Positions 13,601 through 21,575 of a stretch of DNA of 59,529 nt are shown here, one piece after another. The stretch comes from Nitrospirota bacterium (GTDB lineage: Bacteria > Nitrospirota > Nitrospiria > Nitrospirales > Nitrospiraceae): contig JBDTPK010000001.1 in the NCBI GenBank assembly GCA_039932735.1, positions 1-59,529 of the forward strand. Reading direction: 5' to 3'. The notes below the pieces were generated by a model. That model was not told the DNA's origin, made no database searches, and saw only the letters and a program-made list of their open reading frames with translations. Position 1 is the first letter of the stretch, and the number at the start of each line of letters is the position of its first letter. The translations under genes and the position numbers were made by a program.

Positions 13601-16333
13601 GATCAGGTTCGGGCGACCGTCCTGGGCGCGCAGGCGAACCAGGAGATTCCATTCGAACGATTAGTCGATGAGTTGAAGGTGGCCAGAGACTTGGGGCATA
13701 CACCGATTTTTCAAGTCATGTTCGTCCTGGAGGACCGTCTGTCGGATGTACGTTCCTTGGGAGATCTGGAGGCGTACAGGATGAATGTGAACACGCAGAC
13801 ATCCGTGTTCGACCTCACGTTGGAGATGGCGGAGAAAGCCGACGGAAGTCTGACGGCCGTGTTCGAATACAGTACCGATCTGTTTGCCGGCCCCACAATC
13901 GTTCGCATGGCCGAACATCTTCACGTCTTGCTGACTCAAATCGTCGCCTTCCCGGAGTCCCGCGTGAGCGAACTACCGATGCTGACGGCGAACGAACGCG
14001 CGTATGTCCTCGCAGACTGCAACGAGACGCAGGCGCTCTATCCATCTGAGTCTTGTCTGCATCAATTGGTTGAGGCACGGACAGCCGGCAGTCCGGACGC
14101 CGTGGCGCTGCTGTGCGAGGGGCGTTCGTATACCTATGCCTCCATTAACAGCAGAGCGAATCAACTCGCCCGATATTTACGGGCACAAGGGGTTGGTCCG
14201 GAGATTCCCGTGGCGCTGTGCGTGGATCGGTCCCTCGAAATGGTGGTCGGTCTCCTGGGAATCCTCAAGGCCGGTGCGGCCTATGTGCCCATGGATCCGG
14301 CCTACCCCAAGGAACGGAAGTCCGTCATTCTCAAGGATGTTCAGCCACGGCTGCTCTTGACGCGAGGGAAGTTTGCCGGAGGATTGCCGGATCAAGCGGC
14401 ACCGGTCTTCGCGCTCGATGAAGATTGGACGGTGGTGGCCCGCTTCCCGGACACCAATCTGCCGATTCTCACCAGCCCGGACAATTTGGCCTACATTCTC
14501 TATACCTCCGGGACGACCGGTCGGCCCAAGGGGACCGGCATCTCCCATCGGGCCTTGGTGAATCACGGCACCGCGATGGTGATGCAGTACGGCCTTGCTT
14601 CGACGGATCATGTGCTTCAGTTCGCGTCCGTCAGCTTCGATGTAGCCGCCGAAGAATGTTTCCCAACATGGATTGCGGGGGCGACGGTGGTGTTGCGTCC
14701 CAATGAGCCTGTGCCTGCATGTGCGGATTTTCACGCATTTCTTCGCGAGCAGGGTCTTACGGTACTGAACCTTCCGACGCCCTACTGGGCCGGATGGGTC
14801 GAGGAGCTCGAGCGAACCGGCCTGCCGCTTCCACCGTTGATCAGACTCGTCATCGTGGGGAGCGAGAAGGCGTTGCCCGACTGTCTGGTCCGCTGGCAAC
14901 GCGTGGCGGGAGGGCAGATTGTCTGGTGCAATTCGTATGGGCCGACGGAAGCCACGATTACCGCCAGCAGTTATGTGCCGGGACCCGAGATGGATTGGCG
15001 CACTGCAGTCACCGTGCCGATCGGACGACCGATTGCCAACGTCGAACTGTTTGTCCTCGATTCGCATCTTCACCCTGTTCCACTCGGTGTACCGGGTGAC
15101 CTCTTCATCGGAGGCGCGGGGCTCGCACGCGGGTATCACCGCATGCCGGCCCTCACTGCCGAGAAATTCATTCCGCATCCCTTCAGCCGGCGACGGGGGG
15201 AACGGTTGTATGGAACCGGTGATCGCGTCCGCCGTCGGCCGGACGGCCAGGTGGAGTTTCTGGGTCGGCGGGATGAACAGGTGAAGATCCGGGGGTTCCG
15301 TATCGAGCTCTCTGAAATTGAAGTCCATGCGCGCCAACACCCGCAGGTGAAGGAAGCCAGAGTGTTTTTGGAGTCGGGGGGGGCTCGCGGGTGGACCGCG
15401 CTCATCGGCGGCCTCAGCGAGGTCGAGCAAGACCGGATGCTACGGGATGTCGAGTGTTTGACGGCGGTGGAAGCGCAGTGGGTCTACGATTTGGAATCGG
15501 ATGCTGAGGAACGGAGGAAGACCGTGATCCAACGAAAGCCGGAGTTCGATGTGTACCTGAAGGTCAACAAAGGAGAATTCTTGACCCCTCCGCGTGAAAA
15601 CCAGCGCAACTGGCTCTTGCGCCGGGCGCTCGATGAGTTCTCGGACGATCTCGTCGCTCTCGACGCTATTTCCAAGCGGTTTGTTTCCGGATCCGACCGG
15701 GTCAGCATCGAACAGAGCTGGACGGGGAGTCGGGCGGAATATACGCCGTCTGAACTGATCATCGAGGGGCAACAAGTCATGCAGGATTGGGAGGCGCCTT
15801 TGATGAAGGCGATGGCGAACATCGCCACGGAATCCCGCGGCGATGTGCTCGAGGTCGGATTCGGAATGGGTATCTCAGCGTCCTACATTCAGGCCGGCCA
15901 GCCCCGCTCGCATACTATCATCGAGTGCAATCGTGAGGTGATGACCGCTTTTGCGGACTGGACCGGCCGCTACCCCGATCGGGACATCCGTCTAGTGCAA
16001 GGACGATGGCAGGAAGCGGTGGGGGCACTCTCTGAATTTGATGCCGTATTTTTCGATACGTACCCGGCGAGTGAAGCGGAATTCGAAGAGTCGGTGATCA
16101 ACAGCATCAACTTTGCCGAAGCATTCATTCCTGCGGCCGCGAAACTATTGCGACCCGGCGGTGTGTTTACCTATTACACGAATGAGATCGATTCCTTCAG
16201 CCGACGGCATCAACGCTTCCTGTTCCAGCACTTCAGCTCGTTCACGCTCAGCATCGTGCGCTCGCTCCTTCCGCCGGAGGATTGTCACTATTGGTGGGCG
16301 GACTCGATGGCTGTCGTCAAGGCGGTGAAGTGA
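10610..16333 (+). CDS. Loading/first-module megasynthase: FAAL - ACP - C - A (through motif A8) - GAMT/RMT2-like methyltransferase
   Basis: FAAL (YTSGSTGIPKGVMVSH...GDLGF...KTSSGKVQR), carrier (FFAMGGDSL), C (HHIVADGWS), and A (LYTSGTTGRPKG...SFDVAAEE...NSYGPTEAT...YGTGDRV...KIRGFRIELSEIE). After A8 comes a ~130-aa linker and then a GAMT-like domain. The ORF is open from TTG 10568; ATG 10610 is the likelier start. Confidence 0.9.
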   Translation: MGAEYETFVDLLQWRVRLNPKQLAYTFLVDGETDALHLTYGELDRQARSIGARLQSLGGIGERALLLYPPGLDYIAAFFGCLYAGVIAVPAYPPQRRRTMPRLQAILEDSQATLALTTTQIHARVQRLCNQDPGLDYLQRPQWLNTDVPARDLETSWCRPEINGLTLAFLQYTSGSTGIPKGVMVSHSNLLDNERMITQAFGHTEGTTVLGWLPLYHDMGLIGNVLQPLYLGVPCVLMSPIHFLQKPFRWLSAISRYRATTSGGPNFAYDLCVRQTTPEQRASLDLSCWTVAFNGAEPIHAGTLDRFTDAFSASGFRREAFYPCYGLAEGTLLVSGGDRTTPPVLRTIKKAELQQHCVLAATGADRETQQLVGCGYPRFHQQIRIVNPESLRICPAGRVGEVWVKGPSIAGGYWNRPEETSQTFEGYTSDSSEGPFLRTGDLGFVQDGELFITGRLKDLIIIRGRNHYPHDIELTVQLSHASLRPEGGAAFSIELQEKEWLVVVHEVESCRVPFDGETVIAAIRQAVAEYHEVQVAAVVLIKAGTLPKTSSGKVQRSLCRMKFLAREFDVIEQSVSPPSLIGGGNEAGERAAVVQGDDLEKIVVEIWSKVLQQPTIRPQDNFFAMGGDSLRGTQVLARLQETCRIDVPLDALFDYPTAAEFAAHIETLTPPAGASSDVTIHAASREGAVPLSFAQERFWFLEQLSPGTPFNNIPIALRLNGSLDVEVLRRSLDEIVRRHEILRASFVLHNGQPAQIIAPRLDIPFSTEDLNRASESSREEQLQRLVEEEARRPFDFMREPLLRLRLFRISETDHVLSLTVHHIVADGWSMGLLSRELAALYHAFIEGRVSPLPALPIQYLDVALHQRQGVREEEFQRQATYWQQRLDHVSNILSLPFDYPRPEVQGYRGARHDWTLEASVVQQLRTVGSRHRTTLFMTLLAAFNILLFRYSGQSDFCVGTPVANRNRIECEPLIGCFVNTVALGADLSGNPSLPEFLDQVRATVLGAQANQEIPFERLVDELKVARDLGHTPIFQVMFVLEDRLSDVRSLGDLEAYRMNVNTQTSVFDLTLEMAEKADGSLTAVFEYSTDLFAGPTIVRMAEHLHVLLTQIVAFPESRVSELPMLTANERAYVLADCNETQALYPSESCLHQLVEARTAGSPDAVALLCEGRSYTYASINSRANQLARYLRAQGVGPEIPVALCVDRSLEMVVGLLGILKAGAAYVPMDPAYPKERKSVILKDVQPRLLLTRGKFAGGLPDQAAPVFALDEDWTVVARFPDTNLPILTSPDNLAYILYTSGTTGRPKGTGISHRALVNHGTAMVMQYGLASTDHVLQFASVSFDVAAEECFPTWIAGATVVLRPNEPVPACADFHAFLREQGLTVLNLPTPYWAGWVEELERTGLPLPPLIRLVIVGSEKALPDCLVRWQRVAGGQIVWCNSYGPTEATITASSYVPGPEMDWRTAVTVPIGRPIANVELFVLDSHLHPVPLGVPGDLFIGGAGLARGYHRMPALTAEKFIPHPFSRRRGERLYGTGDRVRRRPDGQVEFLGRRDEQVKIRGFRIELSEIEVHARQHPQVKEARVFLESGGARGWTALIGGLSEVEQDRMLRDVECLTAVEAQWVYDLESDAEERRKTVIQRKPEFDVYLKVNKGEFLTPPRENQRNWLLRRALDEFSDDLVALDAISKRFVSGSDRVSIEQSWTGSRAEYTPSELIIEGQQVMQDWEAPLMKAMANIATESRGDVLEVGFGMGISASYIQAGQPRSHTIIECNREVMTAFADWTGRYPDRDIRLVQGRWQEAVGALSEFDAVFFDTYPASEAEFEESVINSINFAEAFIPAAAKLLRPGGVFTYYTNEIDSFSRRHQRFLFQHFSSFTLSIVRSLLPPEDCHYWWADSMAVVKAVK
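15755..16330 (+). other. GAMT/RMT2-like SAM methyltransferase domain embedded after A-domain motif A8
   Basis: Colinear with my recollection of guanidinoacetate N-methyltransferase: VMQDWEAPLMKAMA (GAMT VMERWETPYMHALA), VLEVGFGMGISAS (VLEVGFGMAIAAS), IIECN (same), FDAVFFDTYP (FDGILYDTYP), LLRPGGVFTYY (LLKPGGVLTYC), LLPPEDCHYW (LVPPADCRYY). Confidence 0.75.
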
Positions 16334-16334
16334 T

Positions 16335-16988
16335 ATGGAGGATCTTCTCCAGCGGATCGATCGTCTGACCGAACCGCAGCGGAAACTTCTCCGTCTCAGA
16401 CTAGGAGGCAGGAGAGAGGAACGGGAAAGCGAGTCTCGATTGGTGGGGTATGTCGTGCTTCGTGCGCATGACGCGTCGACCGTTCATGGTCTCCGGGGAT
16501 TTCTGGCCGAACGTTTGCCGGATTATATGATGCCGGCGACCTGGATCGTCCTCGATTCCTTCCCACTGACGTCTCGCGGAAAAGTGGACCATAAGGCTTT
16601 GCAGGGTATGGTTCAGCCGGCGCCGGACACGGCGGCTCGGCAGGGAGCACCTCGCAACGACTGCGAGCGAGCCATTGCGACGATTTGGGCAGAGGCGCTG
16701 GGTCTCCACGACGTCGGACTCCACGACAATTTCTTCGATCTGGGAGGGCATTCCCTTCTGTTGCCGAAGGTCCTTACGCAGGTACGGACCGTAACCCGGC
16801 GCGAGGTATCGATGGTCGATCTCTTTCGTTATCCGACGGTACAGGCATTGGCCGCATATATGGCGGCGGACCAGGTGCCGGTCGCCGAAGAGCCGGTGAT
16901 TCAACAGGTCAAGGATAAGCGGGAAGCGGGCGTGCGCCGGATGAAACAGCAACGACGCCAGAGACAAGAAGCCGTGAGGGGCAAATGA
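16335..16988 (+). CDS. Stand-alone A-domain C-terminal subdomain (motifs A9-A10) fused to a T domain
   Basis: RLVGYVV...LPDYMMPATWIVLDSFPLTSRGKVDHKAL (A9/A10 with the catalytic Lys), then FFDLGGHSLL (T). The ATG lies 1 nt after the upstream TGA, and the stop overlaps the PKS start (ATGA). Confidence 0.85.
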   Translation: MEDLLQRIDRLTEPQRKLLRLRLGGRREERESESRLVGYVVLRAHDASTVHGLRGFLAERLPDYMMPATWIVLDSFPLTSRGKVDHKALQGMVQPAPDTAARQGAPRNDCERAIATIWAEALGLHDVGLHDNFFDLGGHSLLLPKVLTQVRTVTRREVSMVDLFRYPTVQALAAYMAADQVPVAEEPVIQQVKDKREAGVRRMKQQRRQRQEAVRGK

Positions 16989-19900
16989 CGGCGGCCGCCG
17001 ATCGAGCGAGCGAGAGTCAAGCCGAAGACGGCTTGGATGTGGCCATCGTCGGGATGGCCGGCCGGTTTCCAGGTGCAAACAATCTGGATGTGTTCTGGCG
17101 CAATCTTCAGGGCGGTGTTGAGTCCGTCTCCACGCTCAGCCGGGAAGAACTGTTGGAGTCGGGAGTGGAGCCGAAGGTCTTGGATCGGACGAATTATGTC
17201 CGGGCTCGCGCGGTTCTGGCGGATGTCGATCTCTTCGATGCCAGGTTTTTCAACATGACTCCGAGAGAAGCCGACATCATGGACCCCCAGCAGCGGCTGT
17301 TTCTCGAATGTGCGTGGGAAACGCTGGAACGGGCGGGGTACGACCCGGAGCGATACTCCGGATCGATCGGCGTCTATGCGGGATCGAGCACCAGCGGGTA
17401 TCTCTTCAATTTATTTCCTCGCCGGGTACTCCTACAGTCGGCCGCCGACATGGCGGCGATGCTAGGCGTGGAGAAGGATTCGCTCTCGACGCGTGTGTCG
17501 TACAAGTTGAACCTTGAAGGGCCGAGTCTGGCGGTGCAAACGGCTTGTTCGACGTCTCTGGTCGCAGTCCACCTGGCGTGCCAGGCATTGCTGAGCGGGG
17601 AATGTGATATGGCCCTGGCGGGCGGCGTCTCCGTCAATGTGCCGCAGAAAGTGGGCTATCTCTATCAGGAGGGCGGTATCGCCTCGCCGGACGGTCATTG
17701 CCGCACCTTCGATGCCGGCGCGGAAGGCACCGTCGGCGGGAGCGGTGTGGGCCTCGTGTTGCTCAAGCGGTTGCAGGAGGCCGAAGCAGACGGCGATCAG
17801 ATCCTGGCTGTAATCAAGGGCTCCGCGATCAATAACGACGGGGCAGCCAAGGTCGGCTACACAGCACCCCGCATCGAAGGCCAGGCGAAAGTCATCAGAG
17901 CGGCGCACCTGACCGCCGGCGTGACGCCGGACTCAATCTCCTATGTCGAGGCTCACGGAACAGGTACACCGATGGGGGACCCGATTGAAGTGGCGGCGTT
18001 GACCCAGGCCTTTCGGGCCTCGACGGCCCGTACCGGATTCTGCGCGCTCGGATCAGTCAAGACCAATATCGGTCATCTGGATGCCGCGGCCGGCATCGCC
18101 GGTCTGATCAAGACGGTACTGGCGCTCTCCCATCGACAGATCCCGGCGAGTTTGCATTACGTCCGCCCCAATCCCGCCATCGATTTCCCCGCCACACCGT
18201 TTTATGTGAACAGGGCTCTGGCGGATTGGGCGCGTGGTGAGTCGCCGCGTCGTGCCGGCGTCAGCTCGTTCGGGCTCGGCGGCACGAATGCACACGTGGT
18301 GCTGGAAGAGGCGCCTGCGAATCACGAGGCGTCCGTGGTGGAGGACGAAACTCGCTGTCAGTTGCTTCTGTTGTCCGCCCGGTCGGAAGCGGCGTTGAGC
18401 GAAGCGACGAATAGGCTTTTGGCGCATTTCCATGAACATCCGAATCTCTGTCTTGCCGACGTCGCCCATACCCTTCAATCGGGTCGGAAAGCCTTCCCGT
18501 ATCGTCGCTGGCTGACGGCTGTGAATGCGGAGGAAGCCGGACGGCTGCTCTCTCACCCGATGGTTGCGGCAGCAACGGCCGGCCCTGTGACAGGAGAGCG
18601 GCGGGTCGCCTTCATGTTTTCCGGGCAGGGCTCGCAGTATCCGCACATGGGGCGATCGCTCTATCGGCAGCAGCCCGTGTTTCGGGATCATGTCGATCGG
18701 TGCGCGTCGATCTTGAGTCGGCATCTCGGTCGGGATATCCGGACGGTGCTGTTTCCGGTCTCTGCAACGGAACAGGACCTGATTCATCGCACCGTCCTGA
18801 CTCAGCCGGCATTGTTCGTGTTCGAATATGCCCTTGCGCAACTGTGGAAGACATGGGGGGTTCACCCGTATGCCATGATCGGTCATAGCATCGGGGAGTA
18901 CGTCGCGGCCTGCCTATCCGGAGTGTTTTCGCTTCAAGACGCGTTGGCCATCGTGGCGATGCGGGGGCGACTGATGCAGGATCTTCCTTCCGGAAGCATG
19001 CTGGCCGTTCCGCTCACGGAAGCAGGCGTGATGCCGTTTCTGCGCGGGAATCTGGATCTCGCCGCAGTCAATGCGCCTGCGCAGTGCGTGGTCTCCGGTT
19101 CCGATGAACAGATCGCTGCATTGGACCGCGAATTGGCGGCTCAGAACATACAAGGGCGGCGCCTCAAGACATCGCACGCGTTTCATTCATCCATGATGGA
19201 CTCGATTCTGAAACCCTTTGAGTCTTTTCTTGCCGGGATCGCGGTACAGGCCCCTGAGGTTCCCTGGGTGTCTAATGTGAGCGGCACGTGGATTCAACGC
19301 GAAGAAGCGATGGATCCGGCTTACTGGTCGCGCCATTTGCGCTCGACGGTGCGCTTTTCCGAGGGGGTTCGGACGTTGCTGGAACAGTCTGCGCCGGTGT
19401 TGTTGGAGATTGGTCCCGGACGTACGTTGCAGAACCTGGCCCGGCGGCATCCCACTCAGTCCAGCTTGTCCGCACTGGCTTCATTCAATGGACTCGACCA
19501 GACAGAATCCGGACAGGACGAAATGCCCGCCATCCTGACGACGCTCGGTTCTCTCTGGGGAGCCGGTGTTCGAGTGGACTGGACCGGTCTGCACAGCGGG
19601 TACCGGCGGCGACGGGTTGCTCTGCCGACCTATCCATTTGAGCGGCAACGTTATTGGGTGGAGCCTGTTCAGGTTGATCCAGCTCAGGCGCCGGCGTCCG
19701 GCGACAGGCAGGCCGATCTCTCGACGTGGTTCTACCAACCGTCGTGGAAACGGTCGGCGCTGGTCGGGAAGGGCGAACGATGTCCCGACGAACAGTGGCT
19801 TGTTTTTCTCGATGAGCAGCCGACCGGCACGGCACTCGTCAAGGATCTGGAACGACAAGGCCGGTCGGTCGTCAGGGTGTCGACCGGAAATGGATTTGAA

Positions 19901-21535
19901 CGGCGTTCCGACGGGACCTATCGAGTCAGACCCGACTCCCAGGACGATCATGAGTTGTTGCGGCGAGATTTGACCAGCCGAGATCAGCTCCCATCCTGTC
20001 TCGTGCATGCCTGGACAATCGGCGATGAACCGAGAGGGACAACCGCTGCCTTGCGCATGCAGATGGCGCAAGAAAGAGGATTCCTCCACCTGCTCCTTCT
20101 CGCGCAGATATTCGGGCGCCGGCGTAGCGCTAGACTCTCGATTCTCGTGCTTTCTCACGGGTTGCATGATGTCACCGGGGAGGAAACGTTATGTCCTGAA
20201 CAGGCCACGTTGCTGGGGGCCTGTCGTGTCATTCCGCAAGAGTACCCGGGCGTGACATGTCGTGTGATCGACCTGGAAAGATCGTCCGCGGGTAAGCCGC
20301 ACCCGGATGCGCTCCACGATCGCCTGATCGCTGAAGCCAGCAGTCCCGATGCCGAGCCGGTTGTGGCGTACCGAGGTCCGCACCGATGGGTGCAGACGTT
20401 CGAGCCACTTATCCTTGAGAAAAAAGGTGCCGGACCTTCTCTGCTGCGTGAGGAAGGTGTGTATCTCATTACAGGCGGTGTGGGAGGGGTCGGACTCTGC
20501 CTTGCCGAGTATCTCATTCGTACCGTGCGTGCACGGGTGATTCTCACGAGCCGGACGCTTCCGACTCCTAAGCAGCGTGAGCATGTGGCCTGTCTGGAGC
20601 GATCGGGCGGGCGCATTCTGACTCTTCAAGCCGATGTCGCCGATCTTGCACACATGCAGGGAGTGATTGCCGAAGCCTGTCGACAGTTCGGCCGGATTCA
20701 TGGGGTGTTTCATGCCGCGGGGGTCGCCGGCGGCGGACTCCTGGAGTTGAAGACGGCGGAAGCCGTATGGGAGGAATTCCGGCCGAAAGTTTCCGGAGCC
20801 TTGGTGCTCGAAGAGGCGTTTCGAGATGTCCAACCGGAGTTTGTGATGTTCTGTTCTTCCTTGACGGCGGTGGTCGGAGGGGTGGGGCAGGGCGCCTATT
20901 GCGCGGCCAATGCCTTTCTGGACGCCACTGCCCATGCCAGAACGAAACAGGGAACACGCGTCATCTCCGTGAATTTCGATCGGTGGCGTCAGGTCGGCAT
21001 GGCGGTTCAAGCAGAAGCCTGGCTCAAGACATTGCGGGTCGCTGATGCGGAATTAGTCGGCATGACCCCGCAGGAAGGTCAAGAAACAGTCCATCGGATT
21101 CTTCGCGGTCCGAACCTGCCGCAGATCGCCGTGTCCATTCGCGATCTGCCTACGGTGGCTGCGTCCGTCGCTCGGATATCGATGACACAATCGCAGGCTG
21201 CTCAGCCGGCAGCTCCGTCGGTCATCGCAGAGGCAGGGGAGTCGTTGGAACGAGAGATGGGGGACTTGTGGCGACAGATTTTGGGCGCCGAACGCGTGGG
21301 GCTGGAGGATGATTTTTTTCGGCTGGGGGGCGAATCCTTGAGCGCCCTTCAACTGTTGAACCGCGTTCAAGAACTCTACGACCTCGAGCTGTCGCTTCGC
21401 GATTTTTTCGACACGCCGACGGTTTTAGGATTGGTCCGGCAGATTCGCGCGGCGCGAGCCGCTGGGGTACAGCAAGAGGCCAGAATCGTTCCCCTTCCCC
21501 GCGAAGCAAGGCAGTTGCGCGGGGCCTCGGCATGA
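16985..21535 (+). CDS. Type I PKS module KS-AT-KR-ACP
   Basis: KS (TACSTSL, EAHGTGT, NIGH), AT (GHSIGE, HAFHS indicating malonyl), KR (YLITGGVGGVG, YCAAN) and ACP (LGGESLSA). No DH or ER motifs seen. Confidence 0.95.
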   Translation: MTAAADRASESQAEDGLDVAIVGMAGRFPGANNLDVFWRNLQGGVESVSTLSREELLESGVEPKVLDRTNYVRARAVLADVDLFDARFFNMTPREADIMDPQQRLFLECAWETLERAGYDPERYSGSIGVYAGSSTSGYLFNLFPRRVLLQSAADMAAMLGVEKDSLSTRVSYKLNLEGPSLAVQTACSTSLVAVHLACQALLSGECDMALAGGVSVNVPQKVGYLYQEGGIASPDGHCRTFDAGAEGTVGGSGVGLVLLKRLQEAEADGDQILAVIKGSAINNDGAAKVGYTAPRIEGQAKVIRAAHLTAGVTPDSISYVEAHGTGTPMGDPIEVAALTQAFRASTARTGFCALGSVKTNIGHLDAAAGIAGLIKTVLALSHRQIPASLHYVRPNPAIDFPATPFYVNRALADWARGESPRRAGVSSFGLGGTNAHVVLEEAPANHEASVVEDETRCQLLLLSARSEAALSEATNRLLAHFHEHPNLCLADVAHTLQSGRKAFPYRRWLTAVNAEEAGRLLSHPMVAAATAGPVTGERRVAFMFSGQGSQYPHMGRSLYRQQPVFRDHVDRCASILSRHLGRDIRTVLFPVSATEQDLIHRTVLTQPALFVFEYALAQLWKTWGVHPYAMIGHSIGEYVAACLSGVFSLQDALAIVAMRGRLMQDLPSGSMLAVPLTEAGVMPFLRGNLDLAAVNAPAQCVVSGSDEQIAALDRELAAQNIQGRRLKTSHAFHSSMMDSILKPFESFLAGIAVQAPEVPWVSNVSGTWIQREEAMDPAYWSRHLRSTVRFSEGVRTLLEQSAPVLLEIGPGRTLQNLARRHPTQSSLSALASFNGLDQTESGQDEMPAILTTLGSLWGAGVRVDWTGLHSGYRRRRVALPTYPFERQRYWVEPVQVDPAQAPASGDRQADLSTWFYQPSWKRSALVGKGERCPDEQWLVFLDEQPTGTALVKDLERQGRSVVRVSTGNGFERRSDGTYRVRPDSQDDHELLRRDLTSRDQLPSCLVHAWTIGDEPRGTTAALRMQMAQERGFLHLLLLAQIFGRRRSARLSILVLSHGLHDVTGEETLCPEQATLLGACRVIPQEYPGVTCRVIDLERSSAGKPHPDALHDRLIAEASSPDAEPVVAYRGPHRWVQTFEPLILEKKGAGPSLLREEGVYLITGGVGGVGLCLAEYLIRTVRARVILTSRTLPTPKQREHVACLERSGGRILTLQADVADLAHMQGVIAEACRQFGRIHGVFHAAGVAGGGLLELKTAEAVWEEFRPKVSGALVLEEAFRDVQPEFVMFCSSLTAVVGGVGQGAYCAANAFLDATAHARTKQGTRVISVNFDRWRQVGMAVQAEAWLKTLRVADAELVGMTPQEGQETVHRILRGPNLPQIAVSIRDLPTVAASVARISMTQSQAAQPAAPSVIAEAGESLEREMGDLWRQILGAERVGLEDDFFRLGGESLSALQLLNRVQELYDLELSLRDFFDTPTVLGLVRQIRAARAAGVQQEARIVPLPREARQLRGASA

Positions 21536-21575
21536 GATCGACTGTGGCGAGACAGGGGCGAAGGAACGGATAGCG

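Noticed and set aside
14177-15430. Other long antisense or alternative-frame ORFs inside the megasynthase genes (for example 14177..15430, 28464..29408, 46629..47693, 17462..17908, 20189..21010, 11780..12394)
   Set aside because: All lie wholly within strongly supported + strand NRPS/PKS/TauD coding sequence. They have the Arg/Pro-rich composition typical of off-frame translation of GC-rich DNA.
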